Origin: a virus | Length of the DNA stretch: 40,850 nt | Virus record (IMG/VR): IMGVR_UViG_3300045155_000039 | Reading direction: 5' to 3' (one strand) | Part shown: positions 31,361 to 39,037 of the stretch, in pieces | Layout: each line of letters starts with the position of its first letter | How positions within the stretch are numbered: the first letter of the stretch is position 1 | Notes under the pieces: generated by a model | Seen by the model: the letters and a program-made list of their open reading frames with translations, nothing else | What the model was told of the DNA's origin: nothing | The model's database searches: none | Translations under genes and position numbers: made by a program

Positions 31361-32839
31361 ATGGATAAAGTAAATGAATTTGAGTATGACGTTGATAGCA
31401 GAGCGTCAGCTGATGTGAATGTTAACTATGTCAGCTTTGAAGTAGAATCGAATATCCATTATCGGTTTAGTTCTGCTGAAGACTTGCTTGCTGATTTGGA
31501 CACTTTAGCAGGAATGATCCAACATCACCATCAATACCAAGTTCCAAGACTTGAAGTATTAGACGATTATTACAAAGCAAGAAACACCAACATCATGAAA
31601 AACCGAAGGCGTAAGGAGAAGGAAAAAGCGGATCATCGCTCCGCCCATAACTTCGGCAAGGTATTATGTACGTTTGATGTAGGTTACAACACAGGCAATC
31701 CGATTAAGGTTCAGATCGATAGCGACGATCAGCAAAAGCAAGTTGATGAATTCAACACGAATAATGATGTTGATGGTTTGAATGGCGAACTTTGGTTAGA
31801 CATGGATAAATATGGCAGAGCTTATGAAATCAGTTACCGAGATAAAGACGACATCGACTATGTGGATTTAGCAAATGTGTTTGAGACATTTGTTGTCTAT
31901 GACACGACTGTTAAACGTGAGCCTATACTGGCGGTTAGATATCCTAAAACAAGATTCTCAAAAAACGCTGACAAGCAATTTATTCAGCCGATTATCTACA
32001 CATCAGATAAAACTATTTATTACAGAGAAACGTCTCTACACTCTATCTCGCTCGAAAACCCAGAAGAGGAACCTCACGAATTGAAAGAAGTTCCTATTAC
32101 TGAGTACTCGCCAAATCGTTTCAGAATGGGCTTATACGAAGATACTCTTTCACTAATGGATTTGTACGATGCGGGGCAATCCGATACAGCAAACTACATG
32201 ACGGACTTAAACGATGCGCTTCTAGTGATCAACGGTGACATTCAAGCGTCTGGTTTAACTGCTGACGACGCAGCCAAGCAAAAGGATGCAAACATGTTGC
32301 TTCTTGAATCTGGCACAGATATCAACGGCAATAAAACATCTGTGACAGCTGGCTATATTTATAAGCAATATGATGTAAATGGCGTAGAAGCTTATAAAGA
32401 TCGTGTGAGGAAAGATATCCACGAGATTTCGATGGTTCCTGATCTAACAGATGACAACTTCTCGGGTGTGCAATCAGGGGAAGCGATGAAATATAAACTA
32501 TTCGGATTCGAACAGATGACGGCAGTGAAGCAAAGGCTATTTAAAAAAGGCCTGATGCGACGCTATCGTCTTTTATTTAACCTTAAATCAAGCATCGCAG
32601 AATTGGAAAACTCTGACCTGAAAGGTATGCGTATTACATTTACACCAAATCTGCCTAAAGCGATCCTAGAAGAGCTTAAAGCACTTGTTGATGCAGGAGC
32701 GGAGTTGAGCCAAGAGACTATCCTCGGACTTGCTTCATTTGTTCCAGATGTAAATGCAGAGCTAAAACGTGTAAATGCTGAAGCGCCAACAGACAAAGGT
32801 GTGTTTGACAGTGACGAAGAAACCGATACGGAGGTTTAA
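31361..32839 (+). CDS. Portal protein (SPP1 gp6-like)
   Basis: 492 aa, directly after terL, with the typical acidic C-terminus. Confidence 0.9.
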   Translation: MDKVNEFEYDVDSRASADVNVNYVSFEVESNIHYRFSSAEDLLADLDTLAGMIQHHHQYQVPRLEVLDDYYKARNTNIMKNRRRKEKEKADHRSAHNFGKVLCTFDVGYNTGNPIKVQIDSDDQQKQVDEFNTNNDVDGLNGELWLDMDKYGRAYEISYRDKDDIDYVDLANVFETFVVYDTTVKREPILAVRYPKTRFSKNADKQFIQPIIYTSDKTIYYRETSLHSISLENPEEEPHELKEVPITEYSPNRFRMGLYEDTLSLMDLYDAGQSDTANYMTDLNDALLVINGDIQASGLTADDAAKQKDANMLLLESGTDINGNKTSVTAGYIYKQYDVNGVEAYKDRVRKDIHEISMVPDLTDDNFSGVQSGEAMKYKLFGFEQMTAVKQRLFKKGLMRRYRLLFNLKSSIAELENSDLKGMRITFTPNLPKAILEELKALVDAGAELSQETILGLASFVPDVNAELKRVNAEAPTDKGVFDSDEETDTEV

Positions 32840-32842
32840 GAA

Positions 32843-33073
32843 ATGAATCTCAAAGAACAGATGGTGAACGATTATCAGAAAAAAGATAGCAAAAAGATCA
32901 AAGAAGCTATCGCCGAAGCTATGCAAAAAGGATACAACGAAGTTTTCTATGGTAAAGATGTAATCACAGATGATATCCGCAAAGAGTTTCAGGATGGCGG
33001 CTTTACCGTTGAAGATTACGAGGACAAGCATTCGATTGATGCAAAAATTGAGTTAGTCAGATTTTCTTGGTAA
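32843..33073 (+). CDS. Hypothetical protein
   Basis: 76 aa, lies between portal and MuF. Confidence 0.55.
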   Translation: MNLKEQMVNDYQKKDSKKIKEAIAEAMQKGYNEVFYGKDVITDDIRKEFQDGGFTVEDYEDKHSIDAKIELVRFSW

Positions 33074-33085
33074 GGAGGATAAGAA

Positions 33086-33310
33086 ATGAAAGCACGCAAA
33101 ATGGTTGATAATATTCTAGGGGTTTCTCCTTCTGAAAACGGAATAAGAATTGCTAGCGGTATTACAAAAGGATTTGAAGAAGGTCTAAAAATTCCTAATC
33201 CTAAAATCGAAGTTAACATTTCAAAACCAATTAATGAACCACTGAAAAATCCTTATGAATTTGTGGGCAGGATTGACGGACCGCCGCTAACCCAATTTAG
33301 AAAGCGGTGA
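33086..33310 (+). CDS. Hypothetical protein
   Basis: 74 aa, SD AAGGAGGA. Confidence 0.55.
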   Translation: MKARKMVDNILGVSPSENGIRIASGITKGFEEGLKIPNPKIEVNISKPINEPLKNPYEFVGRIDGPPLTQFRKR

Positions 33311-33314
33311 TTAA

Positions 33315-34268
33315 GTGAAATCACAAGATTACTTCATCAAAAGGGAAAAAGCTTGGCAAGAGCAACAGATTAAAGATGATAAGAAACGCATGAACGAGAT
33401 AAAGAAGCGCTTGCAATACGCACAGGATGCGATACAAAAAGAGATAGATGCACAGTGGGATAGTTTTTCCAATGGGCAGAAAATCACTCGTAGTGAAGCG
33501 ATGAAGCGTGCTAGTGAAATGGATGTAAAAGCATTTGCTCGCAAGGCTAAGAAGTATGTTAAAGAGAAAGACTTCTCACCTACAGCAAACAAGGAATTGA
33601 AGCTATACAACCTTACAATGCGTGTCAATCGCTTGGAATTACTGAAAGCAAATATTGGACTTGAGCTGATAGCCACGTTTAACGACATGGATAAGTATTT
33701 TTCAGGAGAACTTACTAGCGCTGGCTTGAAAGAGTTGCAACGCCAAGCAGGCATCCTAGAAATGACGATCGCTAAAAGCGGTTATGCCAAATTAGTGGAG
33801 CAAGTGATTAACAGCTCGTTTCGAGCAGATGGATTTGCAACGTTTAGCGAAAGGCTATGGATGTACCAAGCGGAATTGAAAGCAGATTTGGATAAGTTGC
33901 TTGTTCGAAGTGTGACGATGGGTAGAAACCCTAAACAGTTGGCATCTGAATTAACGAGATTCCTTACCGAGAAAGGTAGAGAGAACACTCGATTCAATAC
34001 CGAGCGCTTGATGGTCACAGAAACCACAAGAGTGCAGACGGGAATTCAAGAGCAAAGCTATCGTGATGCCGATATAGATCAATATATTTATATAGCCGAG
34101 CCAACAGCGTGTAGATACTGCTTACCGCTAAATGGGAAAGTATTTGATTTGAAAGATATGTCACCGGGTTTAAATTGTGCGCCTATGCATCCATTCTGCA
34201 GATGCAGTACGGCACCGTATGTTGACAGAGAAGTGTTTGAGAAATCGCTTAAAGAAAGAGGGTTATAA
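33315..34268 (+). CDS. Head morphogenesis protein (SPP1 gp7 / Mu F-like)
   Basis: Contains RLMVTETTRVQT...CRYCLPLNGKVF...PMHPFCRCS. Confidence 0.9.
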   Translation: MKSQDYFIKREKAWQEQQIKDDKKRMNEIKKRLQYAQDAIQKEIDAQWDSFSNGQKITRSEAMKRASEMDVKAFARKAKKYVKEKDFSPTANKELKLYNLTMRVNRLELLKANIGLELIATFNDMDKYFSGELTSAGLKELQRQAGILEMTIAKSGYAKLVEQVINSSFRADGFATFSERLWMYQAELKADLDKLLVRSVTMGRNPKQLASELTRFLTEKGRENTRFNTERLMVTETTRVQTGIQEQSYRDADIDQYIYIAEPTACRYCLPLNGKVFDLKDMSPGLNCAPMHPFCRCSTAPYVDREVFEKSLKERGL

Positions 34269-34270
34269 CC

Positions 34271-34495
34271 ATGCCAAAACTAAACAAAGTATCAATTAGC
34301 AACGGTTTATTCATTGATGGTACACGGGTTAACGGTTTAACGGATATTAATATCGAATCAAGCGTCGGTGATGTATCAGCAGTCACTATGAAATTCTATG
34401 GAATCATTGACGGACTAGACAATATTCAGGAAACATATCAATTTGAAGCGCCTAAAAAACCATATAAACCTAATAGAAAATATAGAAGTCGCTAG
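34271..34495 (+). CDS. Hypothetical protein
   Basis: 74 aa. Confidence 0.55.
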   Translation: MPKLNKVSISNGLFIDGTRVNGLTDINIESSVGDVSAVTMKFYGIIDGLDNIQETYQFEAPKKPYKPNRKYRSR

Positions 34496-34516
34496 CCCAT
34501 TCGCTAACGGCTTTTT
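34488..34516 (+). terminator. Terminator candidate between the morphogenesis and scaffold genes
   Basis: 9-bp stem gtcgctagc/gctaacggc (one mismatch, one G-U pair), followed by ttttt. Confidence 0.5.
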
Positions 34517-34621
34517 ATTATGCCTTCTTACTGCTTACAGGCACTAAAGAGAAAGCTGTTCCGACTGACTGGCGTAACTAGTTAAATTATCGGGTAACGG
34601 CGTAACCGTGGAGGAATAATC

Positions 34622-35206
34622 ATGAAAAAACGTTTATTAATGCCTATGCAACTTCAATTCTTTTCTGAAAATCCAGTTGGTGGCAATGATACACCGCCGG
34701 CGGAACAAACTACACCACCAGAGGATAAGCCGAAGGGAGAAGAAACTGGCAAAACATTTTCTCGTGACGAATTAGCGAAAATTGTTGCTGCTGAAACTAA
34801 AAAGGCTCGTGCTAGTTGGGAACAAGAAGCAGAAGCGAAAAAAGAAGAAGCTAAGAAGCTCGCAAAAATGAATGCGGAAGAAAAACTGCAACATGAATTG
34901 GAGCAAAAAGAAGCTGAAATCGCTGAACTGAAACGTGGACAGACTTTAAACGAAATGAAGTCAGAAGCTTCTAAAATGCTCTCAGGCGCAGGATTGCCAC
35001 AAGATGATGAATTACTCGGATTGATTGTTTCAGAAGATGCAGAAGCTACTAAAAAGGCTGTTGCAGTTATTACTAACTTTGCATCTCAGATCAAAAAAGA
35101 AAATGCTCGTCAATCTACACCAGGTGAAGGCGGACAGTTTTCTGCTGATAAGAACACTAAACAAACTGTGGCTGAATTGGCTGCTAAAAACAGAATCATT
35201 AAATAG
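34622..35206 (+). CDS. Scaffolding protein
   Basis: 194 aa, Ala/Glu/Lys-rich and helical. N-terminus MPMQLQFFSE. It lies directly upstream of the capsid gene. Confidence 0.8.
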   Translation: MKKRLLMPMQLQFFSENPVGGNDTPPAEQTTPPEDKPKGEETGKTFSRDELAKIVAAETKKARASWEQEAEAKKEEAKKLAKMNAEEKLQHELEQKEAEIAELKRGQTLNEMKSEASKMLSGAGLPQDDELLGLIVSEDAEATKKAVAVITNFASQIKKENARQSTPGEGGQFSADKNTKQTVAELAAKNRIIK

Positions 35207-35219
35207 GAGGAAATACTAA

Positions 35220-36146
35220 ATGAAAAACAAACGATTAATGAATATGAATTTGCAATACTTTGCTCAGACTTGGAATCCAGATAATGTGACAGTTTATGAA
35301 ACAAAAGAAGGCAAGATCCCTGATAAGTACAACACGCTTATTGTCAATGAAGTCATGGAAAACTCTAAGATCATGCAGCTGGCCAAGTACGAAGAAATGA
35401 CGGACAAAGAAAAGAAATTCGAATACTTTGCTGAAGGTCCTGGCGCTTACTGGGTTGGTGAAGGTGAAAAGATCAAAACATCTAAACCTAAATGGCTACA
35501 AGCAACTATGGTTGCTAAAAAACTTGGTGTTATTATTCCAGTTTCTCGGGAATACTTGCACTACAAAATGTCAGACTTTTTCACTGTTATGCAACCTAAG
35601 ATTGCAGAAGCTTTCTACAAAAAGTTTGATGCTGCTGCATTGTTGAATACAGACAATCCGTTTCCACAATCTTTAGAAGAATCTGTTGTTGCGGCTGGCA
35701 ATGTGATCAACGGACCTCTTACTTACGAAAATATTTTAGCGTTAGAAGATGTGCTTGGCGAAAACGAATTCGAGCCGAACGCATTTATCTCTAACCGGAA
35801 AAATCGTACAGAACTTCGCTCTGCAGCTCAAACGGTTGGCACGAATGTTGAATTCATTTACGATCGTGCGGCTAATACTATTGATGGCTTGCCAGTAGTC
35901 GATTTGAAAGCTTTGGCAAAAGGCGAACTCTATGCAGGTGACTTTAACTACATGTTCTACGGAATCCCATACAACATCTCGTTCAAAATCTCTGAAGACG
36001 CTCAACTCTCAACTCTTACAAACGAAGACGGTACGCCAGTTAACTTGTTCGAGCAAGAATTAGTTGCTTTGCGTGCGACAATGGATGTTGGTTTCATGAT
36101 CGTTAAAGATGAAGCATTCGGGAAAATTCAACCGGCGGGGGAGTAA
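35220..36146 (+). CDS. Major capsid protein
   Basis: 308 aa, strong SD AGGAGGAAA. N-terminus MNMNLQYFAQ. The position follows the scaffold gene. Confidence 0.85.
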   Translation: MKNKRLMNMNLQYFAQTWNPDNVTVYETKEGKIPDKYNTLIVNEVMENSKIMQLAKYEEMTDKEKKFEYFAEGPGAYWVGEGEKIKTSKPKWLQATMVAKKLGVIIPVSREYLHYKMSDFFTVMQPKIAEAFYKKFDAAALLNTDNPFPQSLEESVVAAGNVINGPLTYENILALEDVLGENEFEPNAFISNRKNRTELRSAAQTVGTNVEFIYDRAANTIDGLPVVDLKALAKGELYAGDFNYMFYGIPYNISFKISEDAQLSTLTNEDGTPVNLFEQELVALRATMDVGFMIVKDEAFGKIQPAGE

Positions 36147-36424
36147 CAATCCCCGCTACAGGCGTTACAGTATCGCCTAAAACTTCAAGTGCAGTTGCGG
36201 GGACTGCCGGTAATAGACAATTAACAGCCACTGTTGCGCCACAAAACGCAACAAATAAAACAGTGACATATTCAATTGCGCCAGCAACAACTGGTTTGGC
36301 GGTTTCTTCTAGCGGTAATATTACCTGGACTGAAACTGTGCCTGCTGGTGAATACACGACAACAATCAAAACGGAAGATGGTTCACATACGGATACTCAC
36401 GTTTTGACTCTGACTGAACCGTAG
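36137..36424 (+). CDS. Ig-like (Big_2) C-terminal extension of the capsid protein, reached by a -1 frameshift
   Basis: The -1 frame is open 36113-36424 with no start codon. It encodes IPATGVTVSPKTSSAVAGTAGNRQLTATVAPQNATNKTVTYS...TEDGSHTDTHVLTLTEP. A GGGGG run at 36137-36141 lies one codon before the capsid stop. Confidence 0.65.
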   Translation, partial: GGVTIPATGVTVSPKTSSAVAGTAGNRQLTATVAPQNATNKTVTYSIAPATTGLAVSSSGNITWTETVPAGEYTTTIKTEDGSHTDTHVLTLTEP

Positions 36425-36439
36425 GAAGGATAGATACGA

Positions 36440-36769
36440 ATGGCAATTAAAGATGACGTTAAGAAGCTTCTAAGCGGTTCTACAGATGATAAGCTAGAAG
36501 TTATCGAGAAACGAACTAGAGAGCGCTTAGCGTCATTGCTAGGCGTTTCTGTTATACCAGATTCATTAGAGTACATTGTTTTCGATGTAACCAACAAACG
36601 TTTCAACCGAGTTGGACAGGAAGGGATGTCCTCATATTCTCAAGAAGGACTATCTATGGCATTCCCTGATTCGGATTTTTCCGAATATGGATCGGAGATT
36701 GATTCCTTTAAACGAAAAGACGATGAAGACTTATACAAGCCCAAGCAAGGGGGTTTTTACTTCGTATGA
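36440..36769 (+). CDS. Head-tail connector protein (gp6/gp15-like)
   Basis: 109 aa. The call rests on position and size. Confidence 0.65.
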   Translation: MAIKDDVKKLLSGSTDDKLEVIEKRTRERLASLLGVSVIPDSLEYIVFDVTNKRFNRVGQEGMSSYSQEGLSMAFPDSDFSEYGSEIDSFKRKDDEDLYKPKQGGFYFV

Positions 36770-37083
36770 GATTTTTGGATGAAGTTACTTTCGAGAAAGA
36801 TGGATTAGGTAGCCATTACGATCCAGACTTGGGTGAGTGGGTAGAATCGGCACCTATTCGGACGACAGCGAACGTTAACGTAACGGATGTTGGAACAGAT
36901 AGGAGTATGGCTATTTTTGGAGATATACGACAAGGGGCAAAGGTTATCAGAACCATGCCTCTTTTTGTTGTTCCAGAGTATGATCGCATTTTGTACGAAG
37001 GAAAAACGTATAAAGATGTCACCACGAGAACTCCGGCATTAAGAAATAGCATTATCATCCAGGAGGTGGCTTCTGGTGGCTAG
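36766..37083 (+). CDS. Head closure / head-tail adaptor protein
   Basis: 105 aa, 4-nt overlap with neighbours. Confidence 0.65.
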   Translation: MRFLDEVTFEKDGLGSHYDPDLGEWVESAPIRTTANVNVTDVGTDRSMAIFGDIRQGAKVIRTMPLFVVPEYDRILYEGKTYKDVTTRTPALRNSIIIQEVASGG

Positions 37084-37417
37084 AAGGAACGTTTCTCTCA
37101 AAGGTGTTAGCGAATTGACGATGAAACTCAAGTCTAATGCAAATATGAAAGATGTGAAGCAGATCGTCAAACAGAATACAGCCGAATTGACACAAGGCGC
37201 ACAACGTAAAGCGCCAGTCGATACTGGTAACTTGAGACGTTCAATAACTATGGATTTGAGCGATGGCGGTTTAACAGGAAAGGTGAAACCTACTGCCGAT
37301 TACGCTCCTTATTTGGAGTACGGAACAAGGTTCCAATCAGCTCAACCATTTATGCGACCAGCTTTCAATAAGCAGAAGGCGCAGTTTAAATCTGATATGG
37401 ATAAGTTGGTGGAATAG
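37076..37417 (+). CDS. HK97 gp10-family tail-head joining protein
   Basis: Contains RKAPVDTGNLRRSI...YAPYLEYGT....QPFMRPAF. Confidence 0.85.
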   Translation: MARRNVSLKGVSELTMKLKSNANMKDVKQIVKQNTAELTQGAQRKAPVDTGNLRRSITMDLSDGGLTGKVKPTADYAPYLEYGTRFQSAQPFMRPAFNKQKAQFKSDMDKLVE

Positions 37418-37813
37418 ATGAAGACTAGAGAACAATCAATTTTTGATGAAATGTTTAAGCGATCGATTGCATTGGGGTATCAAACCTATGACTACAAACC
37501 AGCAAGTGCTACTAGCTATCCTTTTGTTGAATTTGAAGACACTCAAACACTTCACTCCACCAACAAGTCTCATATCTTGGGAAATGTCGTGATTGTCATT
37601 TCTGTATGGGGTTTGCACACAAAGCGAAAACAAGTGTCTGAGATGGCTTCTGCTTTGTTTGAGCAAGCGATGCAAGTAAATACATCTGACGGATATTCAT
37701 GGACGCTAGACACCAATGTGAGCGACATACAGACAGTAACAGATACAAGCACAAACACACCGCTTAAACGAGCGATTATTGAATTGAATTTTAGATTAAT
37801 AGGAGGAATTTAA
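37418..37813 (+). CDS. Tail terminator / tail completion protein
   Basis: 131 aa, lies immediately before the major tail gene. Confidence 0.6.
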   Translation: MKTREQSIFDEMFKRSIALGYQTYDYKPASATSYPFVEFEDTQTLHSTNKSHILGNVVIVISVWGLHTKRKQVSEMASALFEQAMQVNTSDGYSWTLDTNVSDIQTVTDTSTNTPLKRAIIELNFRLIGGI

Positions 37814-38320
37814 ATGGCACTAAAAAAAGGTATTGACGTCATTTTGGTCTATCGGGATTTGGAAAAACAAGCTGAAGAAGATGCCAAAACTGTTACTTAT
37901 CAAACCGAGCATACATTCGGTATGTCACGCAGTACAGATGCTACCGAAACTAAAGATGGCACTGCACAAACTGTAGGGGCAATTGAGTATGATTTCAGCT
38001 CTACTGCTTTATATGAACGTGGCAGCAAAACACTAAAAATGCTTTACGATGCATTTATGAACAACAAATTGGTGGAAACATGGATCATTGACAAACTCGA
38101 ACCACAAGAAGGCGATACAGGTAAATTTGCAGCTAAATATATGCAAGTGTATATCTCAAACTACGAAGAAACGGCTTCTGCCGAAGATAATGTTGAAGTT
38201 TCATTGGAATACGCCGTACAAATGATTCATCAAGATGGTTATGCAACCTTAACGGCCGAACAACAAAATGAAGTTCAGTATGCATTTGTAGACACAACAA
38301 AACAAACACCAGAAGGCTAA
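37814..38320 (+). CDS. Major tail protein
   Basis: 168 aa. A terminator follows, then the chaperone and TMP genes. Confidence 0.8.
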   Translation: MALKKGIDVILVYRDLEKQAEEDAKTVTYQTEHTFGMSRSTDATETKDGTAQTVGAIEYDFSSTALYERGSKTLKMLYDAFMNNKLVETWIIDKLEPQEGDTGKFAAKYMQVYISNYEETASAEDNVEVSLEYAVQMIHQDGYATLTAEQQNEVQYAFVDTTKQTPEG

Positions 38321-38348
38321 GCACTCTTAATTGAGTGCTTTTATTTTT
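38319..38348 (+). terminator. Rho-independent terminator after the major tail gene
   Basis: aagcactc-ttaatt-gagtgctt perfect 8-bp stem, then ttattttt. Confidence 0.8.
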
Positions 38349-38362
38349 AGGAGGATGAATAA

Positions 38363-38710
38363 ATGGAACTAACGATTAACGACAAAGAGTATAGCTTTAT
38401 TTTTGGATTTGGGTTTATCCGTGAAATGAACCGCAGATATTCCGTTGTAGAACAAGGGATGACAATGAAGCTTGGACTAGATTCAACGCTAGTGAATTTC
38501 TTTAACGAAGATATCGAGACTTTGATTGAAATGTTAAAAGTAGCAAATGCAACAGAGTCACCACGAGTAGCAGAAAAAGATTTGATTGCACTAGTTGGTG
38601 AAATCGGCTCGGATAAACTCTTTGATTTGGTACTAGAAGAATTAAAAAAGTCGGAATTTACAAAGAAAAAAACACTAACAGTCGAAAACAGAATCAAGGA
38701 AAGCAAGTAG
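38363..38710 (+). CDS. Tail assembly chaperone (gpG-like)
   Basis: 115 aa, lies between the major tail and TMP genes. Contains the A_AAA_AAG slip site near its 3' end. Confidence 0.8.
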   Translation: MELTINDKEYSFIFGFGFIREMNRRYSVVEQGMTMKLGLDSTLVNFFNEDIETLIEMLKVANATESPRVAEKDLIALVGEIGSDKLFDLVLEELKKSEFTKKKTLTVENRIKESK

Positions 38711-39021
38711 AAGAAGATTTTTATGCCACTGTCCAGATAAACTGTCTGCGTTATCTCGGGATTACTGACTTTTTAGACATTGATCGAATGACAATGACGG
38801 AATACGAAACAAGGCTTGTTGCTTATCGTCTCAAAAGGTTAGACGAACAAGAGCTTATTCATTACCAAGCATGGGCGAATAATCAAGTTAAAGCTACTAA
38901 AAAACGTGGTAAATACGAGGTTCCTTTATTTGACACCTTCGAAAAATTCTTTAACAAGGAAAAACTTGAAAACAAAATCTTGGGCAAGGATGAAAAAGTA
39001 CCGAGATTTGTAAACTCCTGA
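38644..39021 (+). CDS. Tail assembly chaperone frameshift extension (gpGT-like, -1 frame)
   Basis: The -1 frame is open 38626-39021. The heptamer A AAA AAG at 38644-38650 is in the correct zero-frame phase. Confidence 0.75.
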   Translation, partial: KKVGIYKEKNTNSRKQNQGKQVEEDFYATVQINCLRYLGITDFLDIDRMTMTEYETRLVAYRLKRLDEQELIHYQAWANNQVKATKKRGKYEVPLFDTFEKFFNKEKLENKILGKDEKVPRFVNS

Positions 39022-39037
39022 AGAATGGAGGAAAACT

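Noticed and set aside
34517-34621. Internal promoter for the scaffold and capsid genes after the 34488-34516 hairpin
   Set aside because: No acceptable -35/-10 pair with 16-18 nt spacing could be read in this stretch.
36103-36369. 88-aa minus-strand ORF in the apparent gap after the capsid gene
   Set aside because: The plus strand in the -1 frame encodes a clear Big_2 Ig-like domain. The minus ORF is its antisense shadow.
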